A DNA stretch of 32,000 nt from Enterobacterales bacterium (GTDB lineage Bacteria; Pseudomonadota; Gammaproteobacteria; Enterobacterales; Aeromonadaceae): NCBI GenBank assembly GCA_038247115.1, contig JBBRVG010000029.1, positions 9,757 to 41,756 on the forward strand, given 5' to 3'. The notes below the pieces were generated by a model. The model saw only the letters and a list, made by a program, of their open reading frames with translations, was not told where the DNA came from and ran no database searches. Positions 1 to 10,114 of the stretch are shown here, in pieces; within the stretch, counting starts at the first letter, position 1, and every line of letters begins with the position of its first letter. The translations under genes and the position numbers were made by a program.

Positions 1-684
1 ATGCCGATCGGCGCCCAACTCATCGAGGTTATCCCGAGCCGGGTATTCGAAGGCCATTGGTGGCAACGCCTGTTCTGGCGCAAGAAGCACGCCATCGGCT
101 TGCTGCACCGGGTCGGAATCAAGGATCATAAAAAAGTCATGGCCGCCTTCCCCCACCAACTCTCCGAAGTGGTGTGTCAGAAGGTGATGATCGCCATGGC
201 CATATCCATCAAACCCCGGTTGTTGGTTGCCGATGAGCCCATCAGTGCCATGGAATCCACCACTCAGGCGCAATTGCTGCGACTGCTGGATCGGATGAAC
301 CAGAACAACAACACCACCATATTGCTGATCAGTAACGATATCTCCACCATCGCCAATCTGACGGAGACCATTACCGTTATGTACTGCGGGCAGATGGTCG
401 AGACCGGAAGCCGCGAGCAATTGCTGGCAACCCCTCATCACCCCTATACCAACGCCTTGTTGAATGCGATCCCCGACTTCAGTGGCCGTCTGCCCCATAA
501 ATCACGGCTCAATGCCCTACCAGGGGCTATACCGCCGTTGCAGCATCTGCCGATCGGCTGCCGCCTGGGCCCACGCTGCCCCTATGCCCAGAAGTTATGT
601 GTCCAGACGCCGCCCATCACCCGACTCAAAAATCAGCAATACAGCTGCCACTTCCCGCTGAATATGGAGGAAGCGAAAAAATGA
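1..684 (+). CDS. sapD: SapD-type peptide ABC transporter ATP-binding protein, C-terminal 227 aa (5' end outside window)
   Basis: ORF is open from base 1. It shows the ABC ATPase C-terminal half with a degenerate signature (LSEVVCQKV) and Walker B (LLVADEP). The oligopeptide-type C-terminal extension follows ([16 protein letters not shown]...[14 protein letters not shown]...CHFPLN), collinear with E. coli SapD as I remember it. The H-loop position reads ISND rather than ISHD. Stop TGA 682-684 overlaps the next ATG (ATGA). Confidence 0.85.
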   Translation: MPIGAQLIEVIPSRVFEGHWWQRLFWRKKHAIGLLHRVGIKDHKKVMAAFPHQLSEVVCQKVMIAMAISIKPRLLVADEPISAMESTTQAQLLRLLDRMNQNNNTTILLISNDISTIANLTETITVMYCGQMVETGSREQLLATPHHPYTNALLNAIPDFSGRLPHKSRLNALPGAIPPLQHLPIGCRLGPRCPYAQKLCVQTPPITRLKNQQYSCHFPLNMEEAKK

Positions 685-1466
685 ATGCCGAGCCGCTGTT
701 GCGCGTAACCAATATTGGTAAGAGCTTTATTGAACGTCATGGCCTGTTTCGCAAGGAGGCAGTGCGTGCCCTCGAACAGATCAGTTTTACTCTGGAGCCT
801 GGTGAAACCCTGGCCCTGGTCGGCGAAGCCGGATCCGGCAAGAGCACGCTCGCCAAGATACTGGCGGGTGTGGTCGCCGCCAGCGAGGGGGAAATTCGCG
901 TCGATGGCCAGCTGATAGCTCCCGATGATTATGAGCAGCGTTGCAAGCAGATCCGGATGATCTTTCAGGACCCTAATTCATCCTTGAATCCCAGATTGCG
1001 CATTGGCCGGATCCTGGAAGCCCCGCTGATGTTGAATACAGCCATGACCCCCGAAGAGCGCGCCCATCAGGTGCAGGAAACCCTGCGCATGGTCGGCTTG
1101 CTGGCAGAACATGCGCTCTTCTACCCGCAGATGATCTCCTCAGGCCAGAAACAGCGCGTGGCCCTCGCCCGAGCTCTGATCATGAATCCGCGCATCATAG
1201 TGGCCGATGAAACCTTCTCGATGCTGGATCTCTCGGTGCGCTCCCAGATCATCAATCTGCTGCTGAAGTTGCAGCAAGAGCTGGGAATTGCCTATGTGAT
1301 CGTGGCCAATGATCTCGGTCTGGTGCGCCATATCAGCGATAAGGTCATCATCATGCATCAGGGCAAGGTGGTTGAAAGCGGCGAGACTCAACAGGTCTTT
1401 GCCGCACCGCAGCATGAAGTGACCAAGCGGCTGATCCAGAGCTATGGCCACGAATATCGGCGCTAA
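681..1466 (+). CDS. sapF: SapF-type peptide ABC transporter ATP-binding protein
   Basis: Walker [10 protein letters not shown], signature SSGQKQR and Walker B IIVADE are present. Start set at ATG 681, which overlaps the sapD stop, rather than the track start at 597. The resulting 261 aa is close to E. coli SapF length. Position directly after sapD supports the call. Confidence 0.85.
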   Translation: MNAEPLLRVTNIGKSFIERHGLFRKEAVRALEQISFTLEPGETLALVGEAGSGKSTLAKILAGVVAASEGEIRVDGQLIAPDDYEQRCKQIRMIFQDPNSSLNPRLRIGRILEAPLMLNTAMTPEERAHQVQETLRMVGLLAEHALFYPQMISSGQKQRVALARALIMNPRIIVADETFSMLDLSVRSQIINLLLKLQQELGIAYVIVANDLGLVRHISDKVIIMHQGKVVESGETQQVFAAPQHEVTKRLIQSYGHEYRR

Positions 1467-1547
1467 CCCCGGCAGCAGAGCCACAATCGGCCAATGCTAT
1501 GAAAACGGAAAAAGCGGATCCGTAGCCAGGGAATCCCAAACACCCAT

Positions 1548-1578
1548 AAAAAACGCGCCTGTTGTAGGCGCGTTTTTT
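1548..1578. terminator. Bidirectional intrinsic terminator between convergent sapF and gsk
   Basis: AAAAAACGCGCCT-gttgt-AGGCGCGTTTTTT. A GC-rich stem is flanked by an A-run on one side and a T-run on the other, so it can serve both strands. Confidence 0.85.
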
Positions 1579-1614
1579 GTTATGGAAGCATGGGCATGGA
1601 ACTCTGATAGCGGC

Positions 1615-2919
1615 TTACCGCTCCCAATACACCTCTTCCAGGCTGTCTTCACGCTCCGGCAATCCGCGCGATAGTCGTGGACTACTTTGCATCAGCACTT
1701 CATAGCTGACCCGGTTGGCATATTTGCACAGTTGGGAGAACGAGGAGTAACTCAAGAACGGCAACTGATGCTTGGCGGAATTGGGCGCCGCCTGCCGGTG
1801 ATAGTGATTGGCCGCCATATCGTGTAACAACGCCGACAGAGCCCCATCGCCTGCCCCGTTGGTATTTTTAATGGCTTCCGGACCGCCCATGTACGGCGCT
1901 ATGTGGGCAAAAACCCGCAATGGTTGCTGACAATCTTGCTGCAACATGGGGCGACTGAACTCGTAACGATTGAACTCCGGGATAGTCCCCGGCAACAGGG
2001 GGTGGCTGGTTTCCCGCCTGGCTGCCTGTTCTGTGTATCCGGCCATATAGAGCCCCTGGGCACCGGCGGTACATAGCACCAGATCTGCCCATTCCAGGGT
2101 CTGGTTAGAGGCCGCCAGCGGATCCGCCAGACCGGTCAATGCCTCGCCCTCATCTTCGTTCATGGCCACCACAGTGACGTACTGGCGGATAAAATCACGC
2201 CACCACTGGGGATCAGCATCAATCACAAAACGGGTGCCCAGGGTTAATACCACGGGGACACAATGCCGGGTCGCAAGCTCGACAGCTTTCATGGTAGCCG
2301 CCTTGATGGTATCGCTCTCTTCACCGCGCACCAGATAGGCGCTGATGACCAGGGCCGAGGCGCCTGCCACCAGAGCTTCCGGTATATGCTCCGGGGTCAA
2401 TCGGTTCATCATGCCCGCATTGATGCCGAAACTACGATCCCCATCGTCGGAGATAAAGGTAAAGCAGCGACCAATGGGACCGGCAACCGGCTGCAAGTAG
2501 TTGAGATCAACTTTGGAGGAAGTGTTGCACAGGTAGCGATAGGCATAGCCGCCCACTTCGATATTCCGGCTCATCACCCCAAGCAGAATGGACGCCGAGT
2601 CGCTCAGTACCGAGTAGTTGTGCAAGGTATTGCCAATGGTGCCGCCAGCAAACTGACTCTCGATGAGTTGGCGCGAGACAAGCTCGTGATACATGGCTTC
2701 GGCCGTCGCATCGCTCACCAACATCGAATGTCCCTTGCTCAGTCCATAGCGTTGCAGGAACTGGCTATCCACATGGGCCTCGATATCGACCAGAGTCTGA
2801 TCGATACCTATGATGTACCCCGGGCTGCGCGCCGACAGAGGATTGACGGCCGACAGCAAGGGATCTCGCCGTCCGACCGGGAAGTAATGTTTGGATTTGC
2901 GCTGACCAGGAAATTTCAT
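1615..2919 (-). CDS. gsk: Inosine-guanosine kinase
   Basis: Start set at ATG 2919 (MKFPGQRKSKHYFPV...), giving the same N-terminus and length (434 aa) as E. coli Gsk. PfkB-family C-terminal motif NTNGAGDGALSALLHD is present. The track ORF extends 85 codons further (to 3174) into hemH and that extension is rejected. Confidence 0.93.
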   Translation of the reverse strand: MKFPGQRKSKHYFPVGRRDPLLSAVNPLSARSPGYIIGIDQTLVDIEAHVDSQFLQRYGLSKGHSMLVSDATAEAMYHELVSRQLIESQFAGGTIGNTLHNYSVLSDSASILLGVMSRNIEVGGYAYRYLCNTSSKVDLNYLQPVAGPIGRCFTFISDDGDRSFGINAGMMNRLTPEHIPEALVAGASALVISAYLVRGEESDTIKAATMKAVELATRHCVPVVLTLGTRFVIDADPQWWRDFIRQYVTVVAMNEDEGEALTGLADPLAASNQTLEWADLVLCTAGAQGLYMAGYTEQAARRETSHPLLPGTIPEFNRYEFSRPMLQQDCQQPLRVFAHIAPYMGGPEAIKNTNGAGDGALSALLHDMAANHYHRQAAPNSAKHQLPFLSYSSFSQLCKYANRVSYEVLMQSSPRLSRGLPEREDSLEEVYWER

Positions 2920-2991
2920 AATGAGTGCTGTAGGCGACACCAGACCAGGACGAAAGGCCGCGGATACTAGCATATTCCCCAGCCTTGCATA

Positions 2992-3018
2992 GGGGGGAAA
3001 GGAGGCTTTCGCCTCCTT
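2992..3018 (-). terminator. Hairpin just downstream of hemH (weak terminator)
   Basis: Minus-strand transcript reads AAGGAGGC-gaaa-GCCTCCTT followed by TCCCCCC. The 8-bp stem begins about 6 nt after the hemH stop, but the U-tract is poor. Confidence 0.4.
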
Positions 3019-3023
3019 GGGGA

Positions 3024-3992
3024 TCAGGCAAACCTTTGCGTGATGAGCTGGGTCAATAAATGCACATGAGCCGGCTCGGCGTTCAGTGCCGGAATATAGT
3101 GATAGCGCTCTCCGCCCGCCTGTAAAAAGCTCTGTTTCCCCTCGACCGCAATCTCCTCCAGCGTCTCCAGACAATCGGCGGCAAACGCCGGGCAGATGAT
3201 ATCCACTTGGTGTTGGCCAGAATGCGCCAGCTGGATCAACGTCTCATCGGTATAGGGTTGCACCCAGGGCTCGCGGCCGAAACGAGACTGGAACGAGACT
3301 CCCCATGCCTCAGCGTCCAGAGCCAACTCCTCGGCCACCAGGCGCGCTGTCGTCCGGCACTGCTGGGGATAGGGATCGCCCCGCTCGGCATAGCGCTCGG
3401 GGATGCCATGAAAGGAGAACAACAGATAACCCTGTCCATGCTGCTGCCAATGGTGTCGAATACTCTGGCTCAAGGCGGCAATGTAGAGCGGATGATCGTG
3501 ATAGTCATCCAGAAATAGAGTGGTCGGGATCCTGTGTTCAGACGCCATAACCCGTGCCCAACCGTCAAAGATCGGCGCCGTGGTCGTCGAGGAATACTGC
3601 GGATACAGCGGCAGTATCACCACTTCCTCGACGCCCTGGGCCTGCAAGCGCGACCAGGCCGTCTGCAACGAGGGCTCGCCATAGCTCATCGCCAACTCGA
3701 CCGGCACCCCATACCCGAGCCCCTGCAATGCTTCTTGCACCGCCGCTTGCTGTTGCCGCGAGATAACCATCAGCGGCGAGCCACCTGGTAGCCAGATCTG
3801 GGCATAGGCCTTGGCCACCCGCCGACTGCGTAGCGGCAGTATCACGCCATGCAGTAGCGGCCACCACAACCAGCGCGGCACATCCACCACCCGACGGTCC
3901 GAGAGAAAGGCACGCAAGAATTCACGAACACCCTGCGCCGTCGCGCTGACAGGTGTCCCCAGATTAACCAGAATGACTCCGCGTTGTGGCAT
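3024..3992 (-). CDS. hemH: Ferrochelatase
   Basis: 322 aa with the N-terminus MPQRGVILVNLGTPVS...REFLRAFLSDRRVV typical of HemH. RBS AGGAG lies 6 nt upstream. Position after adk matches E. coli. Confidence 0.93.
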   Translation of the reverse strand: MPQRGVILVNLGTPVSATAQGVREFLRAFLSDRRVVDVPRWLWWPLLHGVILPLRSRRVAKAYAQIWLPGGSPLMVISRQQQAAVQEALQGLGYGVPVELAMSYGEPSLQTAWSRLQAQGVEEVVILPLYPQYSSTTTAPIFDGWARVMASEHRIPTTLFLDDYHDHPLYIAALSQSIRHHWQQHGQGYLLFSFHGIPERYAERGDPYPQQCRTTARLVAEELALDAEAWGVSFQSRFGREPWVQPYTDETLIQLAHSGQHQVDIICPAFAADCLETLEEIAVEGKQSFLQAGGERYHYIPALNAEPAHVHLLTQLITQRFA

Positions 3993-4006
3993 CTTGTCTC
4001 CTTAAA

Positions 4007-4041
4007 ATGCAAAAGGCGCCCGTACCAATGATACGGGCGCC
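4007..4041 (-). terminator. Intrinsic terminator after adk, directly abutting the hemH RBS
   Basis: Minus-strand transcript reads GGCGCCCGTA-tcattgg-TACGGGCGCC-TTTTGCATTTTAAGGAGacaagATG. A 10-bp GC-rich stem is followed by a U-tract that runs into the hemH Shine-Dalgarno. Confidence 0.8.
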
Positions 4042-4061
4042 CTGTGTCATGTGATCACAGC

Positions 4062-4760
<699 letters not shown>

Positions 4761-6833
4761 TTACACGCTTTCTCCTGAATGCTCAAGCATTTGCTCATGG
4801 CCCGAGCGCTTCCGCTCATAGTAAGCCTGCTTCTGTTGATACATGGCTTTATCCGCCATCTTATACAGCAAGGAGAAGGGGGTATGCTTGCTATCGGCGT
4901 AACCGACACTGAAGCTGATGCCATGTTCACGCCCCGCCAGACTAGCCGGTTGGAACTGGGCTTCCTGCAGACGATTCAGTAATAAATCGTGACTGGCGAC
5001 GGCATCGCCTTCCAGCAGGATGACGAACTCATCACCGCCAATCCGGTATAACGAACCGGGCAGATCCTTGAGGCAGTTCAATAAACGACTCGCCACAGTG
5101 CGCAGCAAGGCATCCCCTGCTTCGTGGCCCCGGGTATCGTTGAGATCCTTGAGACCATTGACATCGATGAGGAATAATCCGGCTTCTTTGTCCAGCGAGG
5201 TTTCCAGACCCGCCATGGTCTGATCGAAGGCAATGCGGTTTCCCAGTCCGGTCAGGCCGTCGGTGCGAGCCCAGAAGGCCAGACGGTTCGTCAAAGCCCG
5301 GTTCTCGAGGAAACTACTGAGCTCGCGGGCAAACAACAACATGCCCTTGAGCTCTTCCTCACGCAGGCTCGGAGCCTGAAACAACAGCCAACCGCCACCA
5401 AATGGCGGCGGTAACGGCATGCTGTAAATACCGTCGTTGATATGATAATCCGTACTCGACTCCTGTACCGGCAGCAAAGGTTCGCCGACAAAATCCGGAT
5501 GGCGATAGGACATCACAGGCGAATTGGGAACCGTCAGCACCACCATAAAGGGTACGCCCAGCTCGCAAGCCTGCACCCGTTTGATCACGGCGTTGAGAAC
5601 TGCCTGATCCGGGCTTTCTGTGCTCAGCTCCTGGCGTAAATGGATCACCTGGTTGTAGATGCGGTTGCTGATTTCGATGCGTTGCAGGATCAACGCCAGC
5701 TTATTGGTCCGCTCCTGGACCTTCTCTTCCAGACTATGATTCAGCTGGCTGAGCTCGTGCAGATAACGATCCTTCTCCTCGGCCAGATGGGCCAGATCGC
5801 GGTTGTTATGCTCCAGTGTTGTGAGCTGCTGGCGGATGCGGGCCTGCATATCGATCAGTAGACGTTCGGTGTGGGCAAATTCCCAAATTCGCGAGGTTGT
5901 TCCCTGCACCAGCTGTCCGGCCTCCATGCGCTGAATGATGCCATACAAGACGTTGAAAGCACGGAAGATAGGACGGGAAAACAACACAAACAGCACTATC
6001 ATCACCAGCATGACCACGAGCTGGTAACTGATGAAGGGACGGATCGCTTCGGTGACGGCCTGACTCATGCTTTCTGGCGAGCGGCTGACTTTGACATACA
6101 GATTGACGCTGGGAGAGTAATCTTTCTCGCCAATGATCAAGCGCAGACTCTGGCTGATCTGGCCTGCTTCATCCGGTGGTAACGCCACCCCGAGCTGAAT
6201 GACAGAACTGTGCAATTTAGAAGAGGGGCTGACCTGTGCCAGCATATTGCTAAATGGCACGACAGCGATGAGATAGCCCTGTAGCGAATCACTATTGCGC
6301 ACTATGACGCTATTGATGATGGATATAAACACCAAAGCCCGGTGATCATCGCCAGGAACCAGCTCCGGCGACTCGATCACCACCACCCGCCCTCCCGTCA
6401 CACCGGATTCATAGGCGCGTCCCAGATTATGCACGACCTCCAGGATCTCCCGGCTCTTCTCGACAGGCCGGATCTTGCCACCAAAGTTCTCCCGGACCCG
6501 GCCATCACGCGTCAGCAGATACAAGGAAGAAACCATGTTATAGCGGTTGGTAAATGACTCGAATCGTTCTCGTACCTGAGAGCTGTAGTAGAGACTGGAA
6601 ACCCCCTTGATGATGGTTTCATGCCCGGTCAACAAGCGTAAACCGCTGGTGATGGCTCGCAGCTCATTATCCAGCTTCTCTTGGGTAACATGGACCTCGC
6701 TATCCAGCTGTGTCATCAAAGCCTGGGTCGCAAACTGCTTCAAGCCCTGATAGTGGATCACACTGAGCACCAGCAAGGGCACTATGATCATACAGAGCAT
6801 CAAAACGATCAGAAACCGACTCAGTCGGATCAT
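4761..6833 (-). CDS. Membrane sensor diguanylate cyclase (TM, periplasmic Cache-like domain, TM, HAMP/coiled coil, GAF-like, GGDEF)
   Basis: 690 aa. N-terminal TM is FLIVLMLCMIIVPLLVLSV. A roughly 240-aa extracytoplasmic segment carries a Cache-like SLYLLTRDGRV motif. Second TM is LVVMLVMIVLFVLF. A coiled coil contains LEEKVQERTNKL. The C-terminal GGDEF domain has DVNGLKDLNDTRGHEAGDALL and RIGGDEF. Its ATG overlaps the upstream gene's stop (ATGA at 6830-6833). Confidence 0.85.
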   Translation of the reverse strand: MIRLSRFLIVLMLCMIIVPLLVLSVIHYQGLKQFATQALMTQLDSEVHVTQEKLDNELRAITSGLRLLTGHETIIKGVSSLYYSSQVRERFESFTNRYNMVSSLYLLTRDGRVRENFGGKIRPVEKSREILEVVHNLGRAYESGVTGGRVVVIESPELVPGDDHRALVFISIINSVIVRNSDSLQGYLIAVVPFSNMLAQVSPSSKLHSSVIQLGVALPPDEAGQISQSLRLIIGEKDYSPSVNLYVKVSRSPESMSQAVTEAIRPFISYQLVVMLVMIVLFVLFSRPIFRAFNVLYGIIQRMEAGQLVQGTTSRIWEFAHTERLLIDMQARIRQQLTTLEHNNRDLAHLAEEKDRYLHELSQLNHSLEEKVQERTNKLALILQRIEISNRIYNQVIHLRQELSTESPDQAVLNAVIKRVQACELGVPFMVVLTVPNSPVMSYRHPDFVGEPLLPVQESSTDYHINDGIYSMPLPPPFGGGWLLFQAPSLREEELKGMLLFARELSSFLENRALTNRLAFWARTDGLTGLGNRIAFDQTMAGLETSLDKEAGLFLIDVNGLKDLNDTRGHEAGDALLRTVASRLLNCLKDLPGSLYRIGGDEFVILLEGDAVASHDLLLNRLQEAQFQPASLAGREHGISFSVGYADSKHTPFSLLYKMADKAMYQQKQAYYERKRSGHEQMLEHSGESV

Positions 6834-7936
6834 TGATGGTATCCCTCTTCCTCAGCCAATGACTGCATATTGTGCGCAGCCTCGGCAGCATCGTACTCAC
6901 CCGCCAAGAATAATTTTAGCGTTTTGCCCATCACCAGCCAGACTATCAACATTTTCCGATCATTGGGCATCGCCTTGCTCAGTTGCAATTGGCGATGCAG
7001 TGTCTTCATATCCTCAGACATGTTACCGGCCAGTTGCTCCACAACCCGGTCCACCGCCGGAAATAGCTTGGAGCGCTCATACAAGGAGCGCTGGCTGGCA
7101 TCCGAGAGTAAAAAATGCACCAGTTCAACCGCCGCCTTTTGTTTAGCCGCTGAAATATCAGCCCGCATGGCCAGGACATAGGAGCTACTCAGGGGGATCA
7201 TCGGCTTGCCCCCCAGAGTGGGTAGCAAGGCAACGCCCAACTTATCGCCCAACACATCATGCAGCATCTGGTAAGCCCAATCGCCATCCATCAGGTAGGT
7301 GACATCCCCCTTGATAAACGCCTGTTCATTGCACATCAGCTCACAATTACTGGCAGGAAAGCGGTCCATGGTCTGCTGATATTGCGTCAACGCCGCTACC
7401 ATCTGGGGGGTATTCAGTGAGAATTTTCCGTCCTGCAATGGCCAGCCACCATTGGCCGTTAAAAAGGTCATAAACCAGAACGCCTGTTCACGAGGCCAGG
7501 CCAGCTGTTGATCCGGAATACTTTCCAGGGTCAACACAGGTTTGACCTTGTCCTTGCGATAATACATCACCAGCTGATTGCCCATATTGATCGGAATACC
7601 GTACCAACTCCCCTGCAGACGCCCATCCTCACGCAAACCAAATTCAGTGGCAATCGACGCTGGCCAGGTACCAAGGTGATATTCCTGTTCATTACTGATC
7701 TGATCACTGGGAATAAAGTAGAGATCCGGGAGCAGGACCGATGACATCACCTTGTCGCGAAACTGATCGGCGCGAAAGTGTTGTTGCATCACCTGATGAC
7801 CACTGCGTTTGGCAAAGCGGTCCAATTCGGGTTGCAGATGTTCAAGACTGTGCCCATTCCACAAGGTGAGTGTTTCAGCGATTCCGGGGAAAGCCCAGCC
7901 CAAAGCCATAGCAAGCAGCAGATAAAATAGACGCAT
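6830..7936 (-). CDS. Periplasmic solute-binding protein, family-1 (MalE/sugar-type) fold, orphan (no linked ABC permease or ATPase)
   Basis: Start set at ATG 7936 with RBS AAGGAG 5 nt upstream. This gives a Sec signal peptide MRLFYLLLAMALGWAFPGIA|ETLTLWNG. The track start at 8017 is a TTG with no signal peptide. Length (about 368 aa) and motifs (TLWNG..., YGIPINMGNQLVMYYRKD, GDWAY) resemble extracellular solute-binding family 1. The family assignment is from memory, not a search. Confidence 0.7.
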   Translation of the reverse strand: MRLFYLLLAMALGWAFPGIAETLTLWNGHSLEHLQPELDRFAKRSGHQVMQQHFRADQFRDKVMSSVLLPDLYFIPSDQISNEQEYHLGTWPASIATEFGLREDGRLQGSWYGIPINMGNQLVMYYRKDKVKPVLTLESIPDQQLAWPREQAFWFMTFLTANGGWPLQDGKFSLNTPQMVAALTQYQQTMDRFPASNCELMCNEQAFIKGDVTYLMDGDWAYQMLHDVLGDKLGVALLPTLGGKPMIPLSSSYVLAMRADISAAKQKAAVELVHFLLSDASQRSLYERSKLFPAVDRVVEQLAGNMSEDMKTLHRQLQLSKAMPNDRKMLIVWLVMGKTLKLFLAGEYDAAEAAHNMQSLAEEEGYHQ

Positions 7937-8152
7937 AACGACTCCTTGCGTTGCATTCTCGGCAATTGTCTCATCCGTATTGGACATGGCAACGTTTTGT
8001 TGAACAAGTTGTGACAACCCGACTGATAGCAGCAGTCACTGGCGAAACGCCCAAGTTTCAAGTTGTCGGCCATTCAGTCCACAGTCTAGCAACTGCTCGC
8101 TATCTGCACCCTTAACCAAGCGGCAACAAGCCGTTAAATTCTTAATTTTTAT

Positions 8153-8182
8153 GAAAAAAAAGCCGCGCATCCGCGCGGCTTT
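8153..8182 (-). terminator. Intrinsic terminator of htpG
   Basis: Minus-strand transcript reads AAAGCCGCGC-ggat-GCGCGGC followed by TTTTTTTT, about 20 nt after the htpG stop. Confidence 0.88.
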
Positions 8183-8203
8183 ACCTCATGACAACAGCTG
8201 GGA

Positions 8204-10114
8204 TCATGATCCCATCAAAAGTCGATTCAAACGGGCCACAAAGCCGGACGGATCTTGCAGCCCTCCTTGTTCAGCCAACTGTGCCTGTTCCAGCAGCAGT
8301 TCACACCACTCGCCAAACAGTGTTTCGTCTGCAATTGCATCGATCCGTTTGAGCAAGGCATGCTCGGGATTCAGCTCCAGAATAAATTTCTGCTCTGGTA
8401 CTTTTTGACCCGCCGCCTGCATCAGCTTCATCATATGGCTGCTCATGCCATGGCTATCGGTGACCACACAGCTCGGAGTGGACGTCAGGCGATGACTGAT
8501 GCGCACATCCTTCACCTTGTCGCTCAGAGCCTGACGCACGCGAGCCACCAGCGCCTGATTGGCTTCTGCCAGGGACTCCTGCTGCTTGCGGCTCTCCTCA
8601 TCTTCCAGATCGCCCAGTTGCAGATCACCCTGAGTCACGGAGACAAACTGCTTGCCATCAAACTCGGTCAGATGGTTCATCAGCCATTCATCGATGCGCT
8701 CCCACAACAGCAGCACTTCCACACCCTTTTTGCGCAGCAACTCCAGATGCGGACTCTTGCTGGCGGCTGTGTAGTTGTCGGCAATGATGTAGTAAATCTT
8801 GCTTTGCTGCTCCTTCATCCGGCTGACGTAGTCTTCCAGGCTGACGCTCTGGGCATCGGATTCGGTATGGGTGGAGGCAAAGCGCAGCAGTTTGGCAATA
8901 TCTTCCTTGTGGGCATAATCTTCGGCTGGCCCTTCTTTGAGCACATTGCCAAATTCAGCCCAGAAACGCTGGTACTTGTCACTGTCCTCTTTAGCCAGCT
9001 TGCCGAGCATGCTCAGAACCCGCTTGGTACAAGCCTTGCGCAGCTGCACTGTCACCTTGTTTTCTTGCAAAATTTCCCGCGACAGATTCAGCGGCAAATC
9101 GTTGGTATCCAGCACCCCTTTGATGAAGCGCAGGTAGGTCGGCATAAACTGCTCGGCGTCATCCATGATGAAAACGCGCTGCACATACAGCTTCAAGCCA
9201 TGCTTCTGCTCACGATTCCACATATCCCAGGGCGCACGGGCTGGCACATACAGCAGGCTGGTGTACTCCTGAGAGCCTTCAACCTTGTTATGGGCCCAAG
9301 CCAGAGCATCTTCAAAATCGTGGCTGATGTGCTTATAGAATTCCTGATACTCGGCATCCTCAATGTCACGAGGGGTGCGGGTCCAGAGCGCGGTGGCACG
9401 ATTCACCTGCTTCCACTCACCAGCCGTCACGGTTTTCTCGGCGCCATCCTCGGTTTCAGCCTCAGGCTGCTCCCACATCTCGACCGGAATGCTGATGTGA
9501 TCCGAGTATTTACCAATCACAGAGCGCAAACGCCAATCATCGAGAAACTCGCTCTCCTCGGCCTTGAGATGAAGAATCACATCAGTCCCGCGGCTGGCTT
9601 TATTCACATCAGCCACGCTAAAAGAGCCCGAGCCATCGGATTCCCAGCAGACGCCGCGGTCACTGGACTCACCGGCCGCACGACTCAGGACAGTCACCTT
9701 GTCGGCGACGATAAATGCCGAATAGAAACCGACCCCGAACTGACCAATCAGTTGCGAGTCCTTGGTCTGATCACCGGACAGGTGGCTAAAGAATTCAGCG
9801 GTACCGGAGCGCGCTATGGTGCCCAGATGTTCAATCGCCTGATCCCGGGTCATACCGATGCCGTTATCGGAAATGGTCAGGGTCTGCTTCTCCTTATCCA
9901 GGATCAGCCGTACGCGCAGCTGACCGTCATCTTCATACAGGTCAGCGTTGGAGAGTGCCTTGAAACGCAGCTTATCGGCCGCATCCGCCGCATTGGAGAT
10001 GAGTTCACGCAGAAAAACTTCTTTATTCGAGTAGAGGCTATGCGCCATCAGGCTCAGCAGTTGTTTGACTTCGGTCTGAAACCCGTGGGTTTCCATGTGA
10101 GTGGCTTCGGTCAT
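8204..10114 (-). CDS. htpG: Chaperone HtpG (Hsp90)
   Basis: 636 aa. N-terminal GHKL ATPase motif reads [50 protein letters not shown] lies upstream of ATG 10114, and a sigma32 promoter sits upstream. Confidence 0.95.
   Translation of the reverse strand: MTEATHMETHGFQTEVKQLLSLMAHSLYSNKEVFLRELISNAADAADKLRFKALSNADLYEDDGQLRVRLILDKEKQTLTISDNGIGMTRDQAIEHLGTIARSGTAEFFSHLSGDQTKDSQLIGQFGVGFYSAFIVADKVTVLSRAAGESSDRGVCWESDGSGSFSVADVNKASRGTDVILHLKAEESEFLDDWRLRSVIGKYSDHISIPVEMWEQPEAETEDGAEKTVTAGEWKQVNRATALWTRTPRDIEDAEYQEFYKHISHDFEDALAWAHNKVEGSQEYTSLLYVPARAPWDMWNREQKHGLKLYVQRVFIMDDAEQFMPTYLRFIKGVLDTNDLPLNLSREILQENKVTVQLRKACTKRVLSMLGKLAKEDSDKYQRFWAEFGNVLKEGPAEDYAHKEDIAKLLRFASTHTESDAQSVSLEDYVSRMKEQQSKIYYIIADNYTAASKSPHLELLRKKGVEVLLLWERIDEWLMNHLTEFDGKQFVSVTQGDLQLGDLEDEESRKQQESLAEANQALVARVRQALSDKVKDVRISHRLTSTPSCVVTDSHGMSSHMMKLMQAAGQKVPEQKFILELNPEHALLKRIDAIADETLFGEWCELLLEQAQLAEQGGLQDPSGFVARLNRLLMGS

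Noticed and set aside
597-680. 28-codon upstream extension of sapF, plus small ORFs at 464-661 and 715-915
   Set aside because: These are out-of-frame overlaps with sapD and sapF. The ATGA-coupled start at 681 gives the expected SapF length and N-terminus.
2920-3174. 85-codon N-terminal extension of the gsk ORF, overlapping the hemH 3' end
   Set aside because: The conserved Gsk N-terminus (MKFPGQRKSKHYFPV) begins at 2919 and gives the canonical 434 aa. The extension crosses a hairpin and the hemH coding region and has no homology support.
7937-8152. Possible c-di-GMP or other riboswitch in the long leader of the binding-protein/cyclase operon
   Set aside because: I read it on the minus strand and found none of the GEMM-type conserved segments I remember, nor convincing nested helices. 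Only a trivial CGGC-ttgtt-GCCG stem is present. An Rfam scan would be needed to be certain.
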